Source: an uncultured Clostridia bacterium | GTDB lineage: Bacteria > Bacillota > Clostridia > TANB77 > CAG-508 | Reading direction: 5' to 3' | NCBI GenBank assembly: GCA_948745425.1 | Contig: CAPZDM010000008.1 | Span: 1-40,000 of the forward strand | Length of the DNA stretch: 40,000 nt | In this document: positions 24,576 through 34,092 of the stretch, piece by piece | Layout: each line of letters begins with the position of its first letter | Position numbering within the stretch: position 1 is the first letter of the stretch | Position numbers and translations under genes: made by a program | The notes under the pieces: model-generated | Seen by the model: only the letters and a program-made list of their open reading frames with translations | The model's database searches: none | Told to the model about the DNA's origin: nothing

Positions 24576-27278
24576 ATGAAAAGATTAGTTGTTATAGATG
24601 GAAATAGTATTATGAATAGAGCTTTTTATGGAATTATGGGGAGTAAAGTATTACAAACAGAAGACGGAACATATACAAATGCAGTATATGGATTTTTGGC
24701 AATTATGTTTAAGATATTAGAAGATTTAAAACCAGAATATTTAGCAGTAGCATTTGACTTAAAAGCACCTACAAAAAGACACCTTATGTATGCAGAATAT
24801 AAGGGAACAAGACATGGAATGCCTGAAGAACTTATAGCACAAATGCCAATAATTAAAGAAATTTTAAGAGCTATGAATATTACTATAATAGAAAAAGAAG
24901 GATATGAAGCAGATGACATTTTAGGAACACTTGCAAAGAAAGCAGAAAAGAAAGGAATAGCAACTACTATTCTTTCAGGAGATAGAGATACATTTCAGCT
25001 TGCTAGTAAAATGATAACAATAAGAATACCACACACAAAAGCAGGAAAAACAGAAGAAGACGATTTTGAGGAAGGTAAAGTTATAGAAACTTATGGGATA
25101 ACACCTAAAGGAATGATAGAGGTAAAAGGATTAATGGGAGATAAATCTGATAATATCCCAGGAGTTCCAGGAGTAGGAGAAAAAACAGCAATAGCATTAA
25201 TAAAGAAATATAAAACCATAGAAAATTTATATAAAGCAATAGAAGATGGAACAGCAGACGAAAAAGGAAAATTAAGGGAAAATTTAGAAAATAACAAGGA
25301 ATTAGCATTACTTTCAAAAGAACTAGGAACTATTGATATAGAAGTACCTATTGAAAAAGAGATAAATGAATTAGAAGTAAAAGAATGGAATAAGCAAAAA
25401 GTATTAGAAGAATTTAAAATACTTAGATTTAAAAAATATATAGAAAAATTTGAACTTGATAAAATAGAAGGAGAACAGATACAGAAACAAAACATAGAAG
25501 AATTATTTGAAAAAAGATATATAACAAATGCTAGTGAGATAGAAGGATTAAAAAGTAATATTATTAAAGAAAAAGAGGTAATATACCTTATAGAAAATAA
25601 AGAGATATTTAATTCTCAAAGTATAATTAATATGGAAATTAGCAATATATATATATTTAATAGAGGGACTGCATATAAAATAAATAAAAGCCTTTTAAAC
25701 AATCTAAAAGATATCTTTGAAAATGACAGTATAAAAAAAATAGGATATAAGCAAAAAACAAATTATATATTATTTAAAGAACAAAATATAGAAATAAATA
25801 ATATCTATTTTGATGTAGAAATATCTAGTTATTTACTAGATTCAAATGTTGGAAAATATACCTTAGAAAGACTATCAGAAAAATACCTAAATATTGATAT
25901 AAACAACATATCTAAAAATGATAATAACGCCATGCAACTAAATTTATTTGATGAGATTCAAGAAGAAAATAAAAATGATAGTATAGAATATTTATTAAAA
26001 GTATATATAATATCAAAATTATATGAAATAACCAATAAACTATTAATAGAAAATAAACTTATTGAGTTATTTAACGATATAGAAATGCCATTAGAAAAAG
26101 TATTAGCTGATATGCAATATAATGGTATGTTAATAGATAAACAAGAACTAATAAATTATGGTGAATTATTAAAACAAGAATTGACAAGATTAACAGAGGA
26201 TATATATATAATATCAGGACAAGAATTTAATATTAATTCTCCAAAGCAATTAGGAAAAGTTTTATTTGAAGACTTAAAACTTACAACATATAAGAAAACT
26301 AAAAGTGGATACTCTACAGATGTAGAAACTTTAGAAAAAATTAGAAATGAACATCCAGTAGTTGAAAAGATTTTAGAATATAGGCAAATTGCAAAATTGT
26401 ACTCAACATATGTTGAAGGAATGTTACCTTATATTAATAAAAATACTGGAAGAATACATTCATATTTTCACCAAACAGTTACAGCAACAGGTAGATTAAG
26501 TAGTTCTGACCCAAATTTACAAAATATACCAACAAGATTTGAAGCAGGAAGAAAGCTTAGAGAAGTCTTTAAGCCACAAGAAGGATATGTATATGTTGAT
26601 GCAGACTATTCACAAATCGAACTTAGAGTTCTTTCACATGTAGCTCAAGATAAAACTTTGATAAATTCATTTAAAAATGGAGAAGATATACATAAACAAG
26701 TAGCTTCTCAGGTATTCAATACACCACTAGAAGAAGTAACAAAAGAACAAAGAAGCCATGCAAAAGCAGTAAACTTTGGAATAGTATATGGTATTAGTGA
26801 TTATGGACTTTCAGAACAAATTGGAGTTCCAGTAAAAGTAGCAAAACAATACATACAAAACTATTTTGAAAAATATCCACAGATAAAAAAATTTGAAGAA
26901 GATTTAATAGAAAAAGCTAAAAAGGAAGGTTATGTAGACACTTTATATAGAAGAAGAAGGTACATTCCAGAAATAAATTCAAATAGTTATATGGTAAGAC
27001 AATTTGGTATTAGAATTGCAACAAATACACCAATACAAGGAACAGCAGCAGATATAATGAAAATAGCAATGATAAATGTATATAATAGGATAAAAAAGGA
27101 AAAATTAAAAACAAAGATAGTATTACAAATCCATGATGAATTACTTTTAGAAGCACCAATAGAAGAAAAAGATCAAGTAAAAGAACTATTAAAAACAGAA
27201 ATGGAGAATGCGGTAAAATTACTTGTTCCACTAACTGCAGAAGTTTCAGAAGCAAACAACTGGGAAGAATGTAAGTAA
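24576..27278 (+). CDS. polA: DNA polymerase I
   Basis: 5' nuclease domain (VIDGNS..RAFY, GDKSDNIPGVPGVGEKTA) and pol domain (DYSQIELRVL, AKAVNFGIVYG, QIHDELLLE). Confidence 0.97.
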   Translation: MKRLVVIDGNSIMNRAFYGIMGSKVLQTEDGTYTNAVYGFLAIMFKILEDLKPEYLAVAFDLKAPTKRHLMYAEYKGTRHGMPEELIAQMPIIKEILRAMNITIIEKEGYEADDILGTLAKKAEKKGIATTILSGDRDTFQLASKMITIRIPHTKAGKTEEDDFEEGKVIETYGITPKGMIEVKGLMGDKSDNIPGVPGVGEKTAIALIKKYKTIENLYKAIEDGTADEKGKLRENLENNKELALLSKELGTIDIEVPIEKEINELEVKEWNKQKVLEEFKILRFKKYIEKFELDKIEGEQIQKQNIEELFEKRYITNASEIEGLKSNIIKEKEVIYLIENKEIFNSQSIINMEISNIYIFNRGTAYKINKSLLNNLKDIFENDSIKKIGYKQKTNYILFKEQNIEINNIYFDVEISSYLLDSNVGKYTLERLSEKYLNIDINNISKNDNNAMQLNLFDEIQEENKNDSIEYLLKVYIISKLYEITNKLLIENKLIELFNDIEMPLEKVLADMQYNGMLIDKQELINYGELLKQELTRLTEDIYIISGQEFNINSPKQLGKVLFEDLKLTTYKKTKSGYSTDVETLEKIRNEHPVVEKILEYRQIAKLYSTYVEGMLPYINKNTGRIHSYFHQTVTATGRLSSSDPNLQNIPTRFEAGRKLREVFKPQEGYVYVDADYSQIELRVLSHVAQDKTLINSFKNGEDIHKQVASQVFNTPLEEVTKEQRSHAKAVNFGIVYGISDYGLSEQIGVPVKVAKQYIQNYFEKYPQIKKFEEDLIEKAKKEGYVDTLYRRRRYIPEINSNSYMVRQFGIRIATNTPIQGTAADIMKIAMINVYNRIKKEKLKTKIVLQIHDELLLEAPIEEKDQVKELLKTEMENAVKLLVPLTAEVSEANNWEECK

Positions 27279-27290
27279 GGAGAAAGAATA

Positions 27291-27851
27291 TTGAACAAAA
27301 AGAAAAGGACAATATTGATAGTTATATTAACAGTATTATTAATATTGATAATATTAAAAACTATAAATATAGAAAATATAATATTAAAAAACATATATAC
27401 TAAACAATATGAAGAATGTATTTATAGGTGTTCAGAACAATGCGAAATTGACCCTTTATTAATATTTGCCATAATACGAGTCGAAAGTAATTTTAAAGAA
27501 GATAGTATCTCATTAAGTCAGGCAAAAGGATTGATGCAATTAATGGATTCAACGGCAGATGAAATAGCAACAAAACTAAACATGGACGAAGACTATGATA
27601 TATTCAATGCAGACACTAATATAGAACTAGGAACAACATATATGTCTAATCTATTAACATATTATAACAACAATTTATATCTGGCATTAGCTGCATATAA
27701 TGCAGGAATAGGAAATGTAAACAAATGGATAGAAAAAGGAACAATAAAAAAGGATGGTTCTGATATAGAAAATATACCATTTAAAGAAACAAGAAATTAT
27801 GTTAGAAAGGTTTTAAGAGATTATAGGATTTATACAAAACTATATGGGTAA
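27291..27851 (+). CDS. Lytic transglycosylase (SLT domain), membrane-anchored
   Basis: TTG start after AAGGAG, N-terminal TM, ESNF...GLMQLM...AYNAG.GNV. Confidence 0.85.
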   Translation: MNKKKRTILIVILTVLLILIILKTINIENIILKNIYTKQYEECIYRCSEQCEIDPLLIFAIIRVESNFKEDSISLSQAKGLMQLMDSTADEIATKLNMDEDYDIFNADTNIELGTTYMSNLLTYYNNNLYLALAAYNAGIGNVNKWIEKGTIKKDGSDIENIPFKETRNYVRKVLRDYRIYTKLYG

Positions 27852-27871
27852 TACGAAATGAAAATGTATTT

Positions 27872-27955
27872 ATATTGTAGGGGCGTGCGATTTTCCGTCC
27901 GCAGATATTTTAAATTATAATTTTAACGGACGACCAATGGTCGCCCCTACAATAT
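27872..27955. repeat. GC-rich nested inverted repeat (long imperfect hairpin)
   Basis: ATATTGTAGGGGCG (27872-27885) pairs perfectly with CGCCCCTACAATAT (27942-27955). Inner stem CGTCCG/CGGACG. Sub-palindrome CGACCAATGGTCG at 27931-27943. Confidence 0.7.
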
Positions 27956-28020
27956 TTGTATAGAAAATTTCAAATATAAGATTGTAAATAAATGTATTTA
28001 GTTTTAAGAAGGGCGAGGAA

Positions 28021-28614
28021 ATGGATAATTTAGAAGAACAAATAAATAGAGATATAAAAGGAAGATTAACAGGGTATAGATACAATCATTCAATAGGAGT
28101 AATGAAAAAGGCAGAGGAGTTAGCAAAATTTTATAGTTTAGATAGTAAAAAAGCAAGATTAATTGGATTAGTACATGATATAGCAAAACAGATGACACCA
28201 TCAGAGATAGAAGAATATATATTAAAATATAATGTAGAACTTGATGAGATAGAAAAGTCAAACATAGAACTCATACATGCGAAAATTGGTGCAGATATAA
28301 GTAAAAGAAAATATAATTTTGATGACCAAATGGTAAATGCAGTAAAATATCATACAACAGGGCATCCAAATATGGATATGATGGCAAAGATTATATTTAT
28401 AGCAGATAAAATAGAAGAGAATAGAGATTATGAGGGTGTAGAAGAAAGAAGGCAATTAGCATTCCTAAATATAGATAAAGCAATAATAGAAACTATAGAT
28501 TATACAACAAAAGACAGTATAAATAGAGGAAAAATGATACATACAGATTCGATAGATACAAGAAATTATTTATTAGAGAAAATTAATTGTAAAACAAAAT
28601 CAACTAAAATGTAG
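28021..28614 (+). CDS. yqeK: HD-domain bis(5'-nucleosyl)-tetraphosphatase YqeK
   Basis: RYNHSIGV, GLVHDIAK, KYHTTG and FIADKIE motifs of the YqeK HD family. Confidence 0.85.
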   Translation: MDNLEEQINRDIKGRLTGYRYNHSIGVMKKAEELAKFYSLDSKKARLIGLVHDIAKQMTPSEIEEYILKYNVELDEIEKSNIELIHAKIGADISKRKYNFDDQMVNAVKYHTTGHPNMDMMAKIIFIADKIEENRDYEGVEERRQLAFLNIDKAIIETIDYTTKDSINRGKMIHTDSIDTRNYLLEKINCKTKSTKM

Positions 28615-28752
28615 AATTATAGTAAGCCATATCAATAAATATTTAATAGTAATAGTTTATAATTAATATAATAATTATTAATTAATAGAATAAAACCTCA
28701 AATTACGAATAAAATAATAAGAAAAACAAATGGACATGTAAGAGGTAAATTT

Positions 28753-29850
28753 ATGATTATTGATATGGGTTATTGGAATAAAGTTATAAGAAGAATTATA
28801 GGACTAGCATTAACTATTGTAGGGATATGTTTAGCGATTAAACTTTCGGTATTTTATACTCCTTTTTTAATAGCAATAGCAATAGCAATGCTAATAGAAC
28901 CTTTAATAAAATGGACATCTAAAAAAACAAAACTAGAAAGAAAAAAGACTGCAATAATAGTATTAGTTTTAGTATTTGCAATAATTATAGGTATATTAGT
29001 TTTAGGAATAACAACTCTAATTTCTGAAGCCTCTAATCTATTATCAGGTTTAAATGGATATATAGATATTGCATATGCAAAAGTACAAGAATTAACACAA
29101 TATGTTAAATTTGATGGATTTGAAAACAAAGAAGAAATAAATACAATTCTTCAAAATGCAACAAGAAATTTACTAGATACAGTATCAAATATTATTACCA
29201 GTTTTTTGCAATCTGTATTAAATGCAGTAACATCGCTTCCAGAAATAGGAATTTATACAGTAATTACAATTATTGCAACATATTTTATGTGTACAGATAG
29301 ATTATATATGTTAGACCAATTAGAACATCATTTACCTAAAAGCTGGGTAAGAAAAATAGGAATACATGTAAGAGAAATAGCTTCATATCTAGGGAATTAT
29401 TTAAAAGCAGAATTTATATTAATAGGAATTGATTTCTTAATTGTTTTAGTTGGTTTACTTGCAATGAACCTTTTTGGTTTTAACATTAAATATCCTTTAC
29501 TTGTGGCATTAGGAATTGGATTTGTAGATGCTTTACCTTTAGTAGGGTCAGGAACTGCAATGGTTCCTTGGGCAGTAGTATCTGCATTAAATGGCGATTT
29601 AAGATTAGCAATATCGATATTAGTGCTATTTGCAATAATAATCATAGTAAGACAATTGTTAGAACCTAAGATTGTAAGTTCACAAATAGGAATTCATCCA
29701 ATATTTACATTACTATCAATGTATACAGGATATAAATTTATAGGTGTATTAGGAATGTTAATAGGACCTATTATACTTATCATATTAAAAAGTATTTTTG
29801 GAAGATTAATAGATAAGGGAATACTAAAAACAATTTTCGATAGAAGATAA
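28753..29850 (+). CDS. AI-2E/PerM-family membrane protein (YtvI-like)
   Basis: 365 aa with about 8 TM segments and the conserved C-terminal G.DALP..G....VP and EPK..S...G.HP pattern. Confidence 0.8.
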   Translation: MIIDMGYWNKVIRRIIGLALTIVGICLAIKLSVFYTPFLIAIAIAMLIEPLIKWTSKKTKLERKKTAIIVLVLVFAIIIGILVLGITTLISEASNLLSGLNGYIDIAYAKVQELTQYVKFDGFENKEEINTILQNATRNLLDTVSNIITSFLQSVLNAVTSLPEIGIYTVITIIATYFMCTDRLYMLDQLEHHLPKSWVRKIGIHVREIASYLGNYLKAEFILIGIDFLIVLVGLLAMNLFGFNIKYPLLVALGIGFVDALPLVGSGTAMVPWAVVSALNGDLRLAISILVLFAIIIIVRQLLEPKIVSSQIGIHPIFTLLSMYTGYKFIGVLGMLIGPIILIILKSIFGRLIDKGILKTIFDRR

Positions 29851-29852
29851 CC

Positions 29853-29914
29853 GTTGCTAAATAATTGCTCTATGGCGTTGTTACTGCTCAGACATAGAAC
29901 AATTATTTAGCAAC
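29853..29914. repeat. 22-bp inverted repeat (stem-loop) immediately after the stop codon
   Basis: GTTGCTAAATAATTGCTCTATG (29853-29874) and CATAGAACAATTATTTAGCAAC (29893-29914), one mismatch, 18-nt relatively GC-rich loop. No T-run follows. Confidence 0.6.
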
Positions 29915-29934
29915 TATATTTGTAATTAAAAAAC

Positions 29935-29964
29935 TTGATTTCAATATGTTAAGTATAGTATAAT
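29935..29964 (+). promoter_or_regulatory. Promoter of the HipA-like/priA/def transcription unit
   Basis: TTGATT 29935-29940, 18-nt spacer, TATAAT 29959-29964. Confidence 0.5.
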
Positions 29965-30010
29965 GTCAATATGTCCACATTAGAATTCTTGATAAAATAA
30001 GGAGAGAGAA

Positions 30011-31171
30011 ATGTATTATTTAAAATTATTTGATGAAGATTTAGTTTCATTTAATATGGATAATAAATTAGGACTAAATATAACAGATATAAAAATATTA
30101 AGTAACAATAAAAAAATATTTCCAATTAGGCTACAAGAAGAAATTAATGAAGAAGCAATAGAAGACTTTATTAAGTCTAGAATTATCCCTAAAAATAGAG
30201 CATTTGTACATACAATATTAGAATCTGCAGGATTAAATATTAATGATAAAAAATCTATTATAGATGTTAGTAAAGGACTTTCATTAACAGATTGTTATTG
30301 GGTAGTACAAGACAAAACACTAAAATTTGAAGATTATAATTTATATGATAATAATTTCTCTAAAGTATTGTCATTAATAGCATTTACAGGTTATTCATCA
30401 AAAATAAAAGATTTAATAACATCACCAGAATTTGCTACAAATGGAATGCTACCAAAAGCATGGAGAAAAATTAATAATGAAATATATTTATTTAAAGGGA
30501 GTACAGCTTCATATAATTGTGTAAATACTGGATTTGAGCCATATTGTGAATTTTACGCTAGTCAAATTGCAGCAAAAATGGGAGTTGAACATGTAGACTA
30601 TGATTTAAGCAAATGGAAAAACACTCTGTCATCAACATGTAAATTATTTACTAGTAAAAATACTTCATATGTACAAATAGGAGATATAGTATCACATGGT
30701 GGTATAAAAAATGTATATGAATATGTGAAAGGTCTAGGATTTAAAGAAAAATTTATTAATATGATATTATTTGATGCAATTTGCATAAATACAGACAGAC
30801 ATTATGGAAATTTTGGATTAATAAGAGATAATAATACAGGGGAGTTCATAGATTTTGCCCCAATATTTGATAATGGAGAAAGCTTATTATCAAAAGCTAT
30901 ACCTAGCATTTTTGATAATAAAGAAGAATTTAGAAAATATATTAAGAAAAGTGAAATAAATATATCATATTATGGCGTAAGTTATGATGATTTAGTAAAA
31001 GAATTTTGTAATAAAACACATATAAAAACACTTAGAAAGTTATTGGACTTTAAATTAAAAAAGCATAGTAGTTATAATTTGCCAGCTAAAAGATTAGAAT
31101 GTTTAAATTATATGATTCAAGAAAGAGCAAGGAAATTTATCAATTTAATAAGCGAAAAAGAGAATAGTTAA
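30011..31171 (+). CDS. HipA-like serine/threonine kinase family protein
   Basis: The catalytic-loop pattern INTDRHYGNFG followed by FAPIFDNG aligns with E. coli HipA ATDGHAKNFS...TPFYDI as I recall it. RBS AAGGAGAG. Confidence 0.7.
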   Translation: MYYLKLFDEDLVSFNMDNKLGLNITDIKILSNNKKIFPIRLQEEINEEAIEDFIKSRIIPKNRAFVHTILESAGLNINDKKSIIDVSKGLSLTDCYWVVQDKTLKFEDYNLYDNNFSKVLSLIAFTGYSSKIKDLITSPEFATNGMLPKAWRKINNEIYLFKGSTASYNCVNTGFEPYCEFYASQIAAKMGVEHVDYDLSKWKNTLSSTCKLFTSKNTSYVQIGDIVSHGGIKNVYEYVKGLGFKEKFINMILFDAICINTDRHYGNFGLIRDNNTGEFIDFAPIFDNGESLLSKAIPSIFDNKEEFRKYIKKSEINISYYGVSYDDLVKEFCNKTHIKTLRKLLDFKLKKHSSYNLPAKRLECLNYMIQERARKFINLISEKENS

Positions 31172-31173
31172 TT

Positions 31174-33405
31174 ATGGTAGCAGAGATAATAATAAATAGT
31201 AATGTAAAAGATCTTAATAAAATATTTGATTATAATGTACCAACCAATTTAGAAGAAGATATAAAAATTGGTAGGAGAGTTTTTGTGCCATTTGGAAGGA
31301 TGAAAAGTCTCCAAGAAGGATTTATTATTGGAATCAAAGAAAAATCAGATTATGAAATAAAAGATATAGCAAGTATTCAAAAAGAAGATTACATAGAGGA
31401 AGAAAAAATTCATTTAGCAAAACTTATGGCTAGAAAATATTTTTGCAATATCTCTGAATGTATAAAATTAATGCTTCCACCAGGTACAACAACTAAAAAT
31501 ATTGAAAATAGAATTAAGGAAAAATCTGGAAGATATATATATTTATTAAAAACAGAAGATGAAATAAATGAAGATATAGAAAATAAAGTAATAAAATCAG
31601 ACAAGCAAAAAAGAATATTAAAATTTTTAATAGACAATGAAGAGGTTTCATCAGTGGATTTAGAAACTTTTACAGATACTACTAGTGCAAATATAAAAAC
31701 TTTGGAGAAAAAAGGGTATATAGAAATAGTAGAAAAACAAGTAGAAAGAAATCCTTTTACAAACAAAAGCATTAAACCAACAACTAATTTAAATTTAACA
31801 GATGAGCAAAAGAAAGCATTTGATGAAATTGATAATAATATAAAAAATAATAAATTTGGAGAATTTTTAATATTTGGAGTAACAGGAGCAGGAAAAACAG
31901 AGGTATATTTACAATTAATAGGAGAAGTATTAAAAAAAGATAAAACCTCAATAGTTTTAGTACCAGAAATCTCATTAACTCCACAGATGGTTGATAGATT
32001 TATAGAAAGATTTGGAGAAGAAAAAATAGCTGTTTTACATAGTAAATTATCTGTAGGAGAAAGATATGATCAATGGAAAAAAATAGAAACAGGAAATGTA
32101 AAAATAGTTATAGGAGCAAGGTCAGCAATATTTGCCCCTGTAAAAGATTTAGGGCTTATAATAATAGATGAAGAACATGACTCATCATATAAATCTGATA
32201 AAAATCCTAGATATAATTCAAAAGAAATAGCTAGATTTCTAGCAAAACAAAAAAATGTTCCATTAGTATTAGGTAGTGCAACACCTGATATAATTAGTTA
32301 TTATAATGCGATTAATAAGAAATCAAACTTAATTTGTCTAACTAAAAGAGCAAACAACTCTAGCTTACCAAAAGTAGAAATAATTGATTTAAAAGAAGAA
32401 TTAGTAAATGGAAACCGTAGTATGTTAAGTAATAGATTATATACTGCAATAGAAGAAAATTTAAAAGCAAAAAAACAAACTATTCTATTTTTAAATAGAA
32501 GGGGATATTCTACATTTGTAATGTGTAGAGACTGTGGTTATACTGTAAAATGTAATAAATGCAATGTGAGTATGACATATCATGTTGAGAAAAATAGACT
32601 AAAATGTCATTATTGTGGTTATGAAAGAAGAAATGTAACAATATGTCCAGAATGTAATAGTAAGAATATAAGATATTTTGGAACTGGAACTGAAAAATTA
32701 GAAGTAGAAATACATAAATTATTTCCAAATGCTTCTACTATAAGAATGGATGTAGATACTGTAACAAAGAAAAATTCCCATGAAATGATTTTAAATAAAT
32801 TTAGAGATGAAAATATAGACATATTAGTTGGAACACAGATGGTAGTAAAAGGACACCATTTCCCAAATGTTACTTTAGTTGGAGTTATTGCAGCAGATTC
32901 AAGTTTATTTATGGATGATTATAAAAGTAATGAAAGAACATTCCAAATATTAACACAAGTAGCAGGTAGAGCAGGACGTGAAGGAAATAGTGGTAATGTA
33001 ATAATTCAAACATATAATCCAGATAATTTTGCAATAGAATGTTCAAAACTACAAAATTATAAAATGTTTTATGATGAAGAAATAAAATTTAGGAAATTAT
33101 TGAAATATCCACCATTTTGCGATATAATAAAAATCGAAATTAACGATATTAATAAAAATCAAACATCTAGCACAGCTACACAAATATATAATAATTTAGT
33201 AAAACAAAACGAAAATAATATAATGGAAATATACAAACCAATGCCATCACCAATAGACAAGATAAAAAATAGATATAGATGGAGAATTATTATTAGGTGT
33301 AAATTTTCAAATACAATAATAGATAAAATCAATAATAGTATTATAGATATAAAAGGTGTTAATACTAGAATTACAGTAGATGTAAATCCAAATAGTATGA
33401 TATAA
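31174..33405 (+). CDS. priA: Primosomal replication-restart helicase PriA
   Basis: Walker A GVTGAGKTEVY, DEEHD, Cys-rich zinc region (CRDCG..C..C...., CHYCG, CPEC), GTQM..KGHHFP. Confidence 0.96.
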   Translation: MVAEIIINSNVKDLNKIFDYNVPTNLEEDIKIGRRVFVPFGRMKSLQEGFIIGIKEKSDYEIKDIASIQKEDYIEEEKIHLAKLMARKYFCNISECIKLMLPPGTTTKNIENRIKEKSGRYIYLLKTEDEINEDIENKVIKSDKQKRILKFLIDNEEVSSVDLETFTDTTSANIKTLEKKGYIEIVEKQVERNPFTNKSIKPTTNLNLTDEQKKAFDEIDNNIKNNKFGEFLIFGVTGAGKTEVYLQLIGEVLKKDKTSIVLVPEISLTPQMVDRFIERFGEEKIAVLHSKLSVGERYDQWKKIETGNVKIVIGARSAIFAPVKDLGLIIIDEEHDSSYKSDKNPRYNSKEIARFLAKQKNVPLVLGSATPDIISYYNAINKKSNLICLTKRANNSSLPKVEIIDLKEELVNGNRSMLSNRLYTAIEENLKAKKQTILFLNRRGYSTFVMCRDCGYTVKCNKCNVSMTYHVEKNRLKCHYCGYERRNVTICPECNSKNIRYFGTGTEKLEVEIHKLFPNASTIRMDVDTVTKKNSHEMILNKFRDENIDILVGTQMVVKGHHFPNVTLVGVIAADSSLFMDDYKSNERTFQILTQVAGRAGREGNSGNVIIQTYNPDNFAIECSKLQNYKMFYDEEIKFRKLLKYPPFCDIIKIEINDINKNQTSSTATQIYNNLVKQNENNIMEIYKPMPSPIDKIKNRYRWRIIIRCKFSNTIIDKINNSIIDIKGVNTRITVDVNPNSMI

Positions 33406-33478
33406 TCGTTTTACAAGATTGTATAAATACCATTGTAAAAGACTAATGTGTTTTTATATTAGAGAAGGGGGAACATAA

Positions 33479-33976
33479 ATGGCAATACGAAATATAAGAC
33501 AAGAAGGAGACGATATTTTAAAGAAAAAATCGAGAGAAATAGAGATAGTAGATGATAAAATTAGAGAATTAATGAATGATATGGTAGAAACAATGCATAA
33601 ATTTGATGGAGTTGGACTAGCAGCAGTTCAAGTAGGAATATTAAAAAGAATAATAGTAATAGATTTATATGATGGAAAGCCAATAATAAAGCTTGCAAAT
33701 CCAGTAATATTAAAAACAAAAGGGAAACAAAAAGTAGAAGAAGGATGTTTAAGTTTTCCAAATAGATTTGTACAAGTTGAAAGACCAAATGAAATTACAG
33801 TAGAAGGAATAAACGAAAATGGAGACAAAGTAAAAATAACAGCAACAGGGCTTCTAGCACAAGCATTATCACATGAAATTGACCACTTAAATGGAGTAGT
33901 CTTAACAGATGTCATGATATCAGGAAGTATGGAATATGTAAAACCAGATTATTCAAAGAAAAATAGCAAAAAATAG
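33479..33976 (+). CDS. def: Peptide deformylase
   Basis: GVGLAAVQVG, EGCLSFP and HEIDHLNG motifs. Confidence 0.96.
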   Translation: MAIRNIRQEGDDILKKKSREIEIVDDKIRELMNDMVETMHKFDGVGLAAVQVGILKRIIVIDLYDGKPIIKLANPVILKTKGKQKVEEGCLSFPNRFVQVERPNEITVEGINENGDKVKITATGLLAQALSHEIDHLNGVVLTDVMISGSMEYVKPDYSKKNSKK

Positions 33977-34037
33977 AAGAAAATGAATATAATAAAATAA
34001 GGATAAAAATTATTATTATACAATTATTTAATTGTAG

Positions 34038-34060
34038 GAAAAAAGACGAGTGTCTTTTTC
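34038..34060 (+). terminator. Rho-independent terminator after def
   Basis: GAAAAAAGAC-GAG-TGTCTTTTTC. It is preceded by the palindrome TACAATTA-TT-TAATTGTA at 34019-34036. Confidence 0.6.
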
Positions 34061-34092
34061 TTGAAATCTATATGAATATGAGGCACAAAATT

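Noticed and set aside
33437-33478. 10-codon uORF (MCFYIREGGT) ending TAA immediately before the def ATG.
   Set aside because: It has no RBS of its own. The GAAGGGGGA inside it is more simply the def RBS.
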